A stretch of 64,000 bases of DNA from a bacterium. Its GTDB lineage: Bacteria; DUMJ01. The stretch covers positions 7,434-71,433 of the forward strand of contig JBMFOH010000002.1 of the NCBI GenBank assembly GCA_049969715.1. Reading direction: 5' to 3'. Both the position numbers and the translations under genes were made by a program. The notes beneath the pieces were generated by a model that worked only from the letters and a program-made list of their open reading frames with translations, ran no database searches and had not been told where the DNA came from. Below are positions 1 to 9,421 of this stretch, in pieces (the stretch's first letter is position 1; each line of letters begins with the position of its first letter).

Positions 1-441
1 TCTGGCTCTCTAGGTTGGATTCCTCTTGGAAAAAGAAATTCCTATTCTTCAGAGATTGGAACTTTAGAATCCCAAATTGCGGGACCTGCTATCTTAAGAG
101 AATATAATAGAATTTCAGATAAAAAATTAGCCAACACAGAAGAGGTTTTTGAATTATTTGAAAAGAAAGATGAAAATGCTATAAAGGTAATATCAAGAGT
201 TGGAAGAATATTGGGAAAGACCCTTTCTTCTCTTTTAAATCTCTTTGACCCAGACATTATTATCTTATCAGGAAGTATTGGCCTTAGATGGCACACTTTT
301 AAGTCCTGGGCTTATCCTGTAATAAATCTCTATATCTCACCTCTTATAAAAGATAATTTAGAGATTACTATTTCGGACCTAAAAGAAGACGCTCAGATCC
401 TTGGAGTAACTTATATCCTCTTGGGAGAGAGAATGCCATAA
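1..441 (+). CDS. ROK family protein (sugar kinase or repressor), C-terminal part, truncated by window edge
   Basis: Frame 1 is open from base 1 (SGSLGWIPL..GTLESQIAGPA..LLNLFDPDIIILSGSIG..AQILG), which matches the ROK C-terminal pattern. Confidence 0.8.
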   Translation, partial: SGSLGWIPLGKRNSYSSEIGTLESQIAGPAILREYNRISDKKLANTEEVFELFEKKDENAIKVISRVGRILGKTLSSLLNLFDPDIIILSGSIGLRWHTFKSWAYPVINLYISPLIKDNLEITISDLKEDAQILGVTYILLGERMP

Positions 442-634
442 GCAATATCCTAAAAAAAGGTGACGAGGGTGTAGGATTAGACTATTGAATATTTAAATCC
501 TAAACGAAAGTAAAAAGGTCATTTTAATTGCAAAAGACTTCTTTAGTATGATTCTAGAAGTAAGCAAGAAAATCTGATAGTACTTACGGTTGTAGGTGTT
601 TAACGGTGATTATAGACCAGGAGTCATAGGATTG

Positions 635-663
635 TTGCAAAACTCATCTCCTACTGATATAAT
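635..663 (+). promoter_or_regulatory. sigma70-type promoter of tRNA-Val
   Basis: TTGCAA (635-640), 17-nt spacer ending in TGA, TATAAT (658-663). Confidence 0.8.
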
Positions 664-681
664 ATCTTTATGAAAGAGAAT

Positions 682-757
682 GGGCGAATAGCTCAGCGGT
701 TAGAGCACCTGCTTCACACGCAGGGGGTCACAGGTTCAAGTCCTGTTTCGCCCACCA
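682..757 (+). tRNA. tRNA-Val (anticodon CAC)
   Basis: 76-nt cloverleaf: acceptor GGGCGAA/TTCGCCC, anticodon stem CCTGC-TTCACAC-GCAGG, GGTTCAAGTCC T arm, encoded CCA. Confidence 0.97.
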
Positions 758-786
758 TAAATAAAATAAAGTGAAAGGAAAATATA

Positions 787-810
787 AAGCTACGCTATAG
801 TGCGTAGCTT
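787..810 (+). terminator. Hairpin between tRNA-Val and glpK (probable terminator or attenuator)
   Basis: Perfect 9-bp stem AAGCTACGC-tatagt-GCGTAGCTT, with only a weak T-rich tail. Confidence 0.55.
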
Positions 811-833
811 CTATTGTAAATAGGAGAGAGATT

Positions 834-2318
834 ATGGGATACATATTGGTAATCGATCAAGGGACTACGAATAGTAGAGCCATCATTTATAATGAAGTGG
901 GTGAACAGGTAGGAAGTGGAAAGAGAGAGCTTCCTCAGATATTTCCTAAGCCTGGGTGGGTAGAGCAAGATCCAGATGAGATATGGTACACTACTCAAGA
1001 AGCTACTCTAGATGCGATAAAGGTATCTCAAATAGACCCTAAAGAGATCTTAGGAGTAGGAATTACAAATCAGAGGGAAACCACTATATTATGGGATAGA
1101 ATTACAGGAAAACCTCTCTATAATGCCATAGTATGGCAGTGCAGAAGAAGTGCTGATATCTGTGGAGAATTAAAGGAGAAAGGATTCGAACCTGTGATAA
1201 GAAAAAAAACAGGACTCCTCTGTGATGCCTATTTCTCTAGCACTAAGATTACCTGGCTATTGAGAAATGTACCTCAGATAAAAGATGCAATTGATAATAA
1301 CAGGGTATGTTTTGGAACAGTAGATAGCTGGATCCTTTGGAATCTTACTGGAGGGAAGATCCATGCTACTGATATTACTAATGCCTCTAGGACTATGCTC
1401 TTTAATATAAACACAAGTTTATGGGATGAAGAGCTCTTAGAGATATTTTCTATCCCTAAAGGTATTCTTCCTGAAGTAGTAGATTCCTCGGGAATAGTGG
1501 GCTATACTGAAAGTTTTCCCGAAAAGAACATTCCTATAGCAGGGATAGTTGGAGATCAACAGTCCGCTCTGATAGGGCAGTGTTGCTTTTCTTCAAATAC
1601 ACTAAAGGTTACCTATGGCACAGGCTGTTTCCTGTTAGACCCAGTAGACAATTTCTTACTTTCAGACAAAGGTATGCTTTCTACGGTAGCCTGGAGTATA
1701 GATAGAAAGACAAAATATGCAATAGAAGGAAGTGTATTTACTGGAGGGGCAGTAATACAATGGCTTAGAGATAATCTAGGGGTCATCCCTGACGCTGCAA
1801 GCTCTGAAGCCTTTGCTAGGGCAGTAGATGATACTGGGGGTATATACTTTGTTCCTGCATTATCTGGCTTAGGAGCTCCTTATTGGGACATGTATGCAAG
1901 GGGAATAATAATAGGAATTACAAGGGCAACTAGAAGAGAACATATAGTTAGAGCAGCTCTTGAGGGAATAGCTTATCAGATAAAGGACCTAGTTATTGCT
2001 ATGGAAGAAACTACAAGAGAAAAGATAACAGAATTAAGGGTTGATGGAGGAGCAGCCAATAATAATTTTCTCTTGCAATTTCAGAGTGACCTTTTAGGCA
2101 TCCCTGTAGTTAGGCCTAAAAATATAGAAACTACCTCCCTTGGGGCATTTATACTTACTTCTATAGGGATAGGAAATTTTAAAGACTTAGAAGAAGCCAA
2201 AATTGTTTGGAAGGTAGACAGGATTTTTAATCCAGAAGTGGATAGAGAAAAGATGGACTCTTTTTATAATAATTGGAAGGAGGCAGTAAATCGTAGTTTA
2301 AAATGGCTGAAGAGCTAG
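834..2318 (+). CDS. glpK: Glycerol kinase
   Basis: IDQGTT, PGWVEQDP, ITNQRETT, VWQCRR, YFSSTK, TNASRTML, GDQQSAL, TYGTGCF, GLGAPYWD motifs. Confidence 0.97.
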   Translation: MGYILVIDQGTTNSRAIIYNEVGEQVGSGKRELPQIFPKPGWVEQDPDEIWYTTQEATLDAIKVSQIDPKEILGVGITNQRETTILWDRITGKPLYNAIVWQCRRSADICGELKEKGFEPVIRKKTGLLCDAYFSSTKITWLLRNVPQIKDAIDNNRVCFGTVDSWILWNLTGGKIHATDITNASRTMLFNINTSLWDEELLEIFSIPKGILPEVVDSSGIVGYTESFPEKNIPIAGIVGDQQSALIGQCCFSSNTLKVTYGTGCFLLDPVDNFLLSDKGMLSTVAWSIDRKTKYAIEGSVFTGGAVIQWLRDNLGVIPDAASSEAFARAVDDTGGIYFVPALSGLGAPYWDMYARGIIIGITRATRREHIVRAALEGIAYQIKDLVIAMEETTREKITELRVDGGAANNNFLLQFQSDLLGIPVVRPKNIETTSLGAFILTSIGIGNFKDLEEAKIVWKVDRIFNPEVDREKMDSFYNNWKEAVNRSLKWLKS

Positions 2319-3742
2319 ATATTATTATTATCGGTGGGGGAATTATAGGTACAGCTATAGCTAGAGAACTTTCTCAATATAAACTCGCTATAGCCCTTAT
2401 AGAGAAAGAATCTGACGTAGGATGGGGAACTACAAAAGCAAATAGTGCCATTGTACATACAGGATATGATCCAAAACCAGGTAGCCTAATGGCTAAACTG
2501 AATGTTGAAGGAGCAAGGTTATTTCCATCTATCTGTGAAGAATTAGATGTGCCTTATAAAAAGATAGGATCATTAGTACTTACCCCTGATGAAGAAGGGT
2601 TTAAGAAACTAGAAGAATTAAAGGAAAGAGGTAAAATAAATGGTGTTACCAATCTTGAGATAATTACTCAAGAAAGACTCTTCGACCTAGAGCCTAACCT
2701 CTCAAAATATATAAAGGGAGCACTATGGATAAAAGATACTGCCATCACATCCCCAGTTGAACTTGCCATAGCGTTTAGGGAGAATGCTGAAAAAAATGGC
2801 GTAAAATTTATCTTTGACACCGAGGTAACTGGTTTCAAAGTAGAAGATAATAAGATAATAGAAGTGAAATCAGATGGGACGTCATTTAGAGCAAGATGGA
2901 TAATAAATGCTGCTGGGGTATTCTCTGATAGAATAGCAGAGCTTGTCAATGACTATTCCTTTACTATTACTCCAGTAAAGGGAGAATATGCATTGTTTGA
3001 CAAGGAGGTAGGAGACCTAGTAAATCGTATAATCTTTCCTCTCCCTACAGAAACAACAAAAGGCATACTTCTTACTCCTACTGTAGACGGGAATCTTTTG
3101 GTTGGCCCTAACGAACATATAACAAGTAAAGAGAACACTGAAGTTACTGAGGAAGGACTAGACGAAGTGCTTAGTTTTGCTAAAAAGGAGTGTCCAGCCT
3201 TGCCATTAGATATGGTCATTACTACCTTCGCTGGTTTAAGAGCTAAGGCTTTAGAAAGGGGAGACTTTGTGATAGAGTCATCTCAAGTAGTAAAAAATCT
3301 AATAAACGTAGGAGGAATCCAGTCTCCAGGACTAAGTTCAGCTCCAGCTATAGCTAGATATGTAGGAGAGATACTGAAAGAAGAGGGGCTAGAACTTTTC
3401 CCCAGATCAGATTTCAATCCTGAAAGGAAATCTATCCCAAGGTTTGCTAATCTTTCATGGGAAGAAAGAGAAGTCCTCATTAGTAAAGATCCAAATTATG
3501 GAGAACTCATCTGTAGATGTGAGCATGTAACATTGGGAGAAGTGATAGAAGCCATAAAACGGGGGGCAAATACTTTAGATGGAATAAAATTCAGGGTAAG
3601 AGCAGGTTCCGGTAGATGTCAAGGCGGATTTTGCGGACCTAGACTGATTCCATTATTAGCTCAGTTACTTGAGGTTCCAGTGGAGGAAATCACTAAAAAA
3701 GGTAAAGATTCACACTTAGTTGTAGGAGAGACGAAAGAATGA
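2303..3742 (+). CDS. FAD-dependent glycerol-3-phosphate dehydrogenase/oxidase with C-terminal BFD-like [2Fe-2S] domain
   Basis: GGGIIG Rossmann motif, TTKANSAIVH, GIQSPGLSSAPA, CRCE..GRCQGGFC; follows glpK. Confidence 0.9.
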   Translation: MAEELDIIIIGGGIIGTAIARELSQYKLAIALIEKESDVGWGTTKANSAIVHTGYDPKPGSLMAKLNVEGARLFPSICEELDVPYKKIGSLVLTPDEEGFKKLEELKERGKINGVTNLEIITQERLFDLEPNLSKYIKGALWIKDTAITSPVELAIAFRENAEKNGVKFIFDTEVTGFKVEDNKIIEVKSDGTSFRARWIINAAGVFSDRIAELVNDYSFTITPVKGEYALFDKEVGDLVNRIIFPLPTETTKGILLTPTVDGNLLVGPNEHITSKENTEVTEEGLDEVLSFAKKECPALPLDMVITTFAGLRAKALERGDFVIESSQVVKNLINVGGIQSPGLSSAPAIARYVGEILKEEGLELFPRSDFNPERKSIPRFANLSWEEREVLISKDPNYGELICRCEHVTLGEVIEAIKRGANTLDGIKFRVRAGSGRCQGGFCGPRLIPLLAQLLEVPVEEITKKGKDSHLVVGETKE

Positions 3743-4977
3743 AGACTATTAGTACTGATATAGCAGTGATCGGAGGAGGACCAGCAGGATTAGCAGCAGC
3801 TATAAGGTCAGGAGAATTAGGGGCAAATGTCATTCTAGTAGAAAGGGATTTTGAGCTTGGAGGAATATTAAATCAATGTATACATACTGGCTTTGGATTA
3901 AGTTTACTTGGTGTAGAACTGACAGGTCCAGAATATGCAGAGAGATTTATTGAAAAAATTTACTCATTAAGCAATATAAAGGTCATGCTTTCAACAATGG
4001 TAATAGATGTCCAAGATAAAACCATCTATGGAGTAAATAGATATGATGGAGCCATAAGTATAAATGCCAAGGCAATAATACTATCTATGGGATGTAGAGA
4101 GAGAACAAGGGGAGCATTAAGAATTCCTGGAGAGAGACCTGCTGGAATCTATACCGCAGGCTCGGCACAGAGACTTATAAATATAGAAGGACTTATGCCA
4201 GGGAGAAGAGTTATTGTACTTGGCTCAGGAGACATAGGAATGATAATGGCAAGGAGGTTTGTTTTAGAAGGAGCAGAGGTTCTTGGTGTCTTAGAAAAAC
4301 TACCTTATCCTGGAGGACTTACCAGGAATGTAGTGCAATGTCTAGAAGACTTTAATATACCTCTATTCCTTAATCATACTATAACAGAGATAAAAGGAAG
4401 ATATAGGGTAGAGGGGATAGTAGCTATAGATCTCATAAACAAAAAGAAATTCTTTCTTGATGTAGATACTATTCTTCTTTCTGTTGGGCTTATTCCAGAG
4501 AATGAACTCTCTAGAAAAATGGGAATATTACTAGATCCAAGAACAGGAGGCCCTTCAGTTACTCAGGATCGAGAAACAAATCTTCCAGGTGTATTTGCCT
4601 GTGGTAATGTGCTACAAGTCCATGATTTGGTAGATGAGGTTACTAGAGAAAGTTATATAGCTGCTGAAGGAGCGATAAAGTATATATCTAGCGAAATGAG
4701 AGAAGGAAGAGCTATAGAGATAAAACCTGGGGAAAATGTAAGGTATGTAGTTCCACAAAAGGTTACGCTTCCTTTAGATAAACCCCCATATATATACTTC
4801 CGTCCCATAGAACCTATTGCAGATTGCGAGATAGTAGGGGAAAGTGACGGTAAGATATACTCCCTTGGAAAGATTGAATATGCCAGACCTGGAGAAATGG
4901 TAAAGCTTAGATTGAAGAAGGAAATACTAGACGGTGATTCTGATATAAAGATAAGTTTAGAAGGTGAAAGACTGTGA
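3739..4977 (+). CDS. NAD(P)/FAD-dependent oxidoreductase (thioredoxin-reductase-like partner of G3P dehydrogenase)
   Basis: GGGPAG, LNQCIHTGFG, LTGPEY, GSGDIG, FACGNVLQVHDLVD; ATGA overlap with the upstream gene. Confidence 0.9.
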   Translation: MKTISTDIAVIGGGPAGLAAAIRSGELGANVILVERDFELGGILNQCIHTGFGLSLLGVELTGPEYAERFIEKIYSLSNIKVMLSTMVIDVQDKTIYGVNRYDGAISINAKAIILSMGCRERTRGALRIPGERPAGIYTAGSAQRLINIEGLMPGRRVIVLGSGDIGMIMARRFVLEGAEVLGVLEKLPYPGGLTRNVVQCLEDFNIPLFLNHTITEIKGRYRVEGIVAIDLINKKKFFLDVDTILLSVGLIPENELSRKMGILLDPRTGGPSVTQDRETNLPGVFACGNVLQVHDLVDEVTRESYIAAEGAIKYISSEMREGRAIEIKPGENVRYVVPQKVTLPLDKPPYIYFRPIEPIADCEIVGESDGKIYSLGKIEYARPGEMVKLRLKKEILDGDSDIKISLEGERL

Positions 4978-5321
4978 AGATTCTTACCTGTATAGTATGC
5001 CCTGTAGGCTGTAAGATAAAAATAGATGAAAACGGGAATATCAACGGAGCAAGATGCGAGAGAGGAATAAACTTTGTAAAGAGAGAGTTACTAAGTCCAC
5101 AGAGGATACTTACTACTACTGTGAAGATAGAAAACGGAATAGTAAAGGTATTGCCTGTAAAATCTTCAATCCCTATTTCTAAAGAGAGATTAAAAGAAAT
5201 AGTAAAAGAAGTCTCAAGGGTCTCTGTAAAAGCACCAATACGTATAGGAGATACCATCTATGAAATAGACGGTATTAAGATTATAGCTACAAGGAGTGTT
5301 GAGAAGAAAAATATCAACTAA
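4974..5321 (+). CDS. DUF1667 family CxxC protein (small subunit of the G3P dehydrogenase cluster)
   Basis: TCIVCPVGC..GARCERG..PQRILTTTV; usual fourth gene of this operon type. Confidence 0.85.
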   Translation: MKILTCIVCPVGCKIKIDENGNINGARCERGINFVKRELLSPQRILTTTVKIENGIVKVLPVKSSIPISKERLKEIVKEVSRVSVKAPIRIGDTIYEIDGIKIIATRSVEKKNIN

Positions 5322-5327
5322 ACTCTT

Positions 5328-5382
5328 AGGTCCTTAGGTAATTAAAAGCTGTTTCTATCAAATATATAATACCTAAGGACCT
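5328..5382. terminator. 13-bp inverted repeat between convergent genes (probable bidirectional terminator)
   Basis: AGGTCCTTAGGTA (5328-5340) and TACCTAAGGACCT (5370-5382) with a 29-nt AT-rich spacer, followed by TTT. Confidence 0.55.
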
Positions 5383-5402
5383 TTTCAATTTAACTAATAT
5401 TC

Positions 5403-5897
5403 CTATAGATACTTGTCTAGGTCATCTAACTTAAGATTATCGAGAAATTGGCGGAACTCTTGATCTTCTTCGCTATTTTCTTGGACATTCTGGCTAGGGA
5501 TAAATGCCTCTTGAGCCACTTTCTCCTCTACAAAGATAGGAGAATTAGTTCTTACAGCTAGAGCAATGGCATCACTAGGTCTAGCATCTATATTATATAC
5601 CTTACCATCATTGAGTAACTCTATATTAGCATAGTACACGCCATCATGTAGATCTACTATAGACACATTTTTTATACTAATATTCAGCTCTTTTAAGATG
5701 CTTACCATAAGGTCATGTGTAAGTGGCCTAGGAGCAATAGTCTGTTGTATCTGCATCGCTATTGACTGTGCCTCGGGAAGTCCTATATAGATTGGCATAA
5801 AATTCTCTTCCTTTGCATCTGTTAAGATAATCACAGGGGACATAGAATTTATATCCATCCCAACTGCCTTTATCTTTACTTCTATCATACAAATCAC
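5403..5897 (-). CDS. Bifunctional nuclease family protein (DUF151)
   Basis: PIYIGLPEA, RPLTHDL, DARPSDAIALAVR motifs. Confidence 0.92.
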   Translation of the reverse strand: MICMIEVKIKAVGMDINSMSPVIILTDAKEENFMPIYIGLPEAQSIAMQIQQTIAPRPLTHDLMVSILKELNISIKNVSIVDLHDGVYYANIELLNDGKVYNIDARPSDAIALAVRTNSPIFVEEKVAQEAFIPSQNVQENSEEDQEFRQFLDNLKLDDLDKYL

Positions 5898-5907
5898 CTC
5901 TACTCTA

Positions 5908-5925
5908 TTACACTACATAGTGTAA
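5908..5925. promoter_or_regulatory. Palindromic operator candidate overlapping a possible extended -10 of the DUF151 gene
   Basis: TTACACTA-CA-TAGTGTAA; the minus strand reads TGtTACACT. Confidence 0.45.
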
Positions 5926-5943
5926 CAGAAAAATTTCAAAATA

Positions 5944-7233
5944 TCAAATCTTTATGTCTACCCACTCCTTTTCTGCCCGGAATAGTTCATCAACCATCTT
6001 CTGTATATCTCTAGGCTCTAGAATACTCGCTGTTAATGGATCAAGCATTACTGCTTGAGCTGCTTTATGAGCATCCTTCTCTAGTGCAGCTATTACAGTT
6101 AATTCCTGTAAGTTTATATTGGTCCTATTTAACCCTGCACACTGAGGAGGTAGATCCCCCACAAAGCAAGGATGTATTCCAGTTTTATCTACTAGGCATG
6201 GAACTTCTACACAACAATCTTTAGGAAGGTTCGTGATAAGATTATCATTATTTACATTCCCATTTATTCTGCAAGGTATACCCGTTTCCATAGAGTATAT
6301 AATGTTTGAAGCATACTCATGAGACCTCTCTATTATTATGGATTCTTCTCCAGATATTTCTCTCTTTATCTTCTCATAATGTGGCTGCCATCCATTCTTG
6401 CATATCTCAAGATAATCCCATCTCTGGGGTATAAGTTCTTTTACTCTCTGAGTATTTCTCCTAAAGTATGGGACATATTCAGACATATGGTGGGTAGATT
6501 CTGTAACAAAATAATCAAAGTGCTTCATAATTTCAAATCTTACAGCATCCTTCATATAGATTTCAGGATCTTCCATAGCCTTCCATAATCTTGGGTATAA
6601 GTCTTCTCCATCTAGAGAAAATTCTAGAAACCATGCCATATGATTTATCCCTGCTACCCAATAAGAGACCTTTTCTGGATCAACGCCAACATAGCTTGCC
6701 AATTGCGTAGCTGTCCCTTGGACACTATGACATAGTCCAACATTTTTGATCTTTGTTGCCTTATTCATTGCCCAACAGTTTATAGCCATAGGGTTACTAT
6801 AATTTATGAATAACGCATTAGGACATAATTCACTCATATCCTTGGCTATATCCAGAACAACGGGGATGGTCCTTAATCCTCTAAAAACTCCACCAGGGCC
6901 TATCGTATCTCCTACTGTCTGGTCTATCCCATACCTTCTTGGAATTTCGCAATCTTTATCAAACATTTCTAGCCCACCAACCTGAATCATATTTATAACA
7001 TAATCTGCTCCATCGAGGGCTTCTCTCCTATCCAAGGTGGCAGTAACCTTTGCATTACAGTTCATCTTCTCTATTAACTTCTTAGTCAAAGCATAAATAA
7101 GATCTAGCCTCTCTCTGTTTATGTCCATAAGAGCTATCTCACTATTACTTAGTTCTGGATAGGACAATATATCCATTATGAGCCTTTTAGCAAAAACTAC
7201 ACTCCCTGCACCAATAAAAATAATCTTAGCCAT
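5944..7233 (-). CDS. melA: Glycoside hydrolase family 4 (NAD+/Mn2+-dependent alpha-galactosidase/alpha-glucosidase, MelA-like)
   Basis: KIIFIGAGS, QTVGDTIGPGG, NYSNPM, VGLCHSVQ, AGINHMAW, TESTHHMSEY. Confidence 0.85.
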   Translation of the reverse strand: MAKIIFIGAGSVVFAKRLIMDILSYPELSNSEIALMDINRERLDLIYALTKKLIEKMNCNAKVTATLDRREALDGADYVINMIQVGGLEMFDKDCEIPRRYGIDQTVGDTIGPGGVFRGLRTIPVVLDIAKDMSELCPNALFINYSNPMAINCWAMNKATKIKNVGLCHSVQGTATQLASYVGVDPEKVSYWVAGINHMAWFLEFSLDGEDLYPRLWKAMEDPEIYMKDAVRFEIMKHFDYFVTESTHHMSEYVPYFRRNTQRVKELIPQRWDYLEICKNGWQPHYEKIKREISGEESIIIERSHEYASNIIYSMETGIPCRINGNVNNDNLITNLPKDCCVEVPCLVDKTGIHPCFVGDLPPQCAGLNRTNINLQELTVIAALEKDAHKAAQAVMLDPLTASILEPRDIQKMVDELFRAEKEWVDIKI

Positions 7234-7236
7234 ACC

Positions 7237-8301
7237 TTAGGACCTCCTTATTAATCTAATAAAATCTCTTGCCTCTGGTTCACTACTAAACCACGCAGAA
7301 ATAAGTAATCCTTTATTTGGTATCTCTTCTAGGATCTTAGAAACATCTCTCTTATCATCAAAAGATTGTAAGACTAACAGTTTGTTATGTGAAAGGATCT
7401 TCTTATACATAGGAAACCATTTTGGAGAATCACACTGTGGATTACCTTCTCCAGGAACCCACTGGATTCCATCTAGTTCAGGAATATCTAAGAGTATATC
7501 AAGATGGGGGATCTCACCTGGTCCATCTAAATGATAGATACTGTAATCTAGCCCATTACACTGTTTTTCTAATTGAGGAGCTACAAATTTTTCAAACATC
7601 CTAGGAGATATCATATAGGAAAAGTCACACTGTAATGGATACCATCTCCTAGGACACCAAATACCCATCCAAGCTGAAGTCCCTTCTTGTGTGTCTTTTA
7701 TAATATTATAAAGCTCATCATAAACTTTAAACCATGCATTTAAAATCTTATCATTCATATACAATACCTTCTCTGGCTCTTCTAACAAATCTAAAAGGAG
7801 ATTTTGGGCCCCTCTAAAAGAGGCTAAGACATCAAGGACTCCTCCAATATCGGTATGACCTATAATAAACTTATTCTTTCCCTTTTCTACAGATAATTTA
7901 GCTATATACTTTGTATATTGCCACCATTCGTTATTCTCTTTAAACTCAAGTCTTTCTACCTCTTCCCATGGGAGAGGATATTCAAACCAGGCAGTATCAG
8001 TATTCCCATCAAACTTCAGGAATCCTGTAAAATAAGAAGCTAAAGAGCCTGGACCTAAATTTAGCCAGAGATTTGGAAATGCCTCTCCTCCAAAATATAT
8101 CTCTTTACATCTTTCTTCGAAGAGCTCTATATATCTTTCTGGACAGCATTTGTATCTAAGAAATCCCCACCCATCGATTCCTTCAAAATTCTTTATATCT
8201 TCTTTAGGGCTTCCTACTTGAAGCAAAGGATAATCTAGTGATTTATCCCACCAAGCTTTATATATCTCTTTTACCCTATCCCAATCTTCTCTATATAACA
8301 C
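7237..8301 (-). CDS. UroD/MetE-like TIM-barrel protein (corrinoid methyltransferase-like)
   Basis: NLGPG, LQCDFSYMISP, YHLDG, IQWVPG motifs. Confidence 0.7.
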   Translation of the reverse strand: MLYREDWDRVKEIYKAWWDKSLDYPLLQVGSPKEDIKNFEGIDGWGFLRYKCCPERYIELFEERCKEIYFGGEAFPNLWLNLGPGSLASYFTGFLKFDGNTDTAWFEYPLPWEEVERLEFKENNEWWQYTKYIAKLSVEKGKNKFIIGHTDIGGVLDVLASFRGAQNLLLDLLEEPEKVLYMNDKILNAWFKVYDELYNIIKDTQEGTSAWMGIWCPRRWYPLQCDFSYMISPRMFEKFVAPQLEKQCNGLDYSIYHLDGPGEIPHLDILLDIPELDGIQWVPGEGNPQCDSPKWFPMYKKILSHNKLLVLQSFDDKRDVSKILEEIPNKGLLISAWFSSEPEARDFIRLIRRS

Positions 8302-8375
8302 CTATACCTCCAATTCATCTTGTATGATAAAATTAGACTAAGGTTCTATTATTTTAATTATAAATATTTTTAGAG

Positions 8376-9188
8376 GTGATTACAATAATGACTAAAATAA
8401 AACTCATTGCCTTTGATTTTGACGGAACAATACTTGAAGAAGGGTTAGTTATACCAGAAGAGACAAGGATACTATTAGAAGAGATAGTTGATCTTGGAAT
8501 AAAAATCTCTACTGCTAGTGGAAGAAAGTTAGAGGAACAATATATGATCCTACAGAAGAATAGTATGGGAGATTCAAAAGGATGGCCACATTTCCTCGTT
8601 GTAGATGAATCGAAGATATACATTCTAAATAACGGAGGTTATGAACCGTTTAGTGTTTGGAATGAATTTGTTCATCAGGGATGGATAAAGGTATATCCAG
8701 AAGCAAGGGCTATAGCGATAGAAGAATTTGAAAGGTTAAAGAGGGATGGAATTAATGCTAAGTTACATATAATAGATCAAGAGGCGATAGAAAGAAATCT
8801 AGTAGGAATAAGATTCGACGAGGTGGAATATGCCAGAGCATTTGAAGAGTATCTAGCAAGAAAACTTCAAAATAATAAGCACGGTCTATGGTGTAATAGA
8901 AATTATAGACTAGTACAAATATTACCTAAGAGTGCAGGGAAGGGAATAACTATTTATGGTTTATCGAGATACCTTGACATACATCCAGAAGAGGTCCTTG
9001 TTATTGGAGATGCTGGGAATGACCTAGATATGCTTAATGGCAGGTTTGGCTTTTATTCTGCTGCAGTATCAAACGCAGAACCTAGGGTAATAGACGTTGT
9101 AAGAGGAAATAGAGGATATATAGCTTCACAGCCAATAAGTAAAGGTGTAACGGAGATAATAAGAAATATAATCTGGGATAAAATATAA
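8376..9188 (+). CDS. HAD superfamily IIB hydrolase
   Basis: FDFDGT, TASGR, KG..IGDAGNDLDM; the real start is probably ATG at 8388. Confidence 0.88.
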   Translation: MITIMTKIKLIAFDFDGTILEEGLVIPEETRILLEEIVDLGIKISTASGRKLEEQYMILQKNSMGDSKGWPHFLVVDESKIYILNNGGYEPFSVWNEFVHQGWIKVYPEARAIAIEEFERLKRDGINAKLHIIDQEAIERNLVGIRFDEVEYARAFEEYLARKLQNNKHGLWCNRNYRLVQILPKSAGKGITIYGLSRYLDIHPEEVLVIGDAGNDLDMLNGRFGFYSAAVSNAEPRVIDVVRGNRGYIASQPISKGVTEIIRNIIWDKI

Positions 9189-9202
9189 AGCTCAGCAAAG
9201 TA

Positions 9203-9230
9203 TTGACTAATTTATAAAATAGTTTATAAT
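9203..9230 (+). promoter_or_regulatory. sigma70-type promoter of tRNA-Asn
   Basis: TTGACT, 16-nt spacer, TATAAT, ending 11 nt upstream of the tRNA. Confidence 0.75.
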
Positions 9231-9241
9231 AATTACTGTGT

Positions 9242-9317
9242 TCCTCGGTAGCTCAACAGGCAGAGCGGCCGGCTGTTAACCGGTTGGTTGTAGGTTCGAG
9301 TCCTACCCGGGGAGCCA
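9242..9317 (+). tRNA. tRNA-Asn (anticodon GTT)
   Basis: 76-nt cloverleaf: TCCTCGG acceptor, GCCGG-CTGTTAA-CCGGT anticodon arm, GGTTCGAGTCC T arm, encoded CCA. Confidence 0.97.
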
Positions 9318-9421
9318 TTTTTTATGGTTGTTTCAAAAATATCCTTAGAGCTAAAAAGTCTAATAAAGGTTTGAAAAAATTTTACTTTACATAAGATACA
9401 TTATCCGACGTTAAACATCTT

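Noticed and set aside
442-634. Intergenic region before tRNA-Val as a possible riboswitch, sRNA or island boundary
   Set aside because: Only short weak stems; no recognisable riboswitch core, no duplicated tRNA 3' end and no integrase
5908-5925. NrdR box assignment for the palindrome
   Set aside because: It is 2 bp shorter than the 16-bp consensus, single rather than tandem, and has no adjacent ribonucleotide reductase gene
7233-7245. 12/13 match (TACCTTAGGACCT) to an arm of the inverted repeat at 5328-5382
   Set aside because: It coincides with the stop, Shine-Dalgarno and start junction of two genes, so it is most likely chance
9318-9421. Possible integrated element at tRNA-Asn
   Set aside because: No att-like repeat of the tRNA end was seen, and a housekeeping cluster converges immediately
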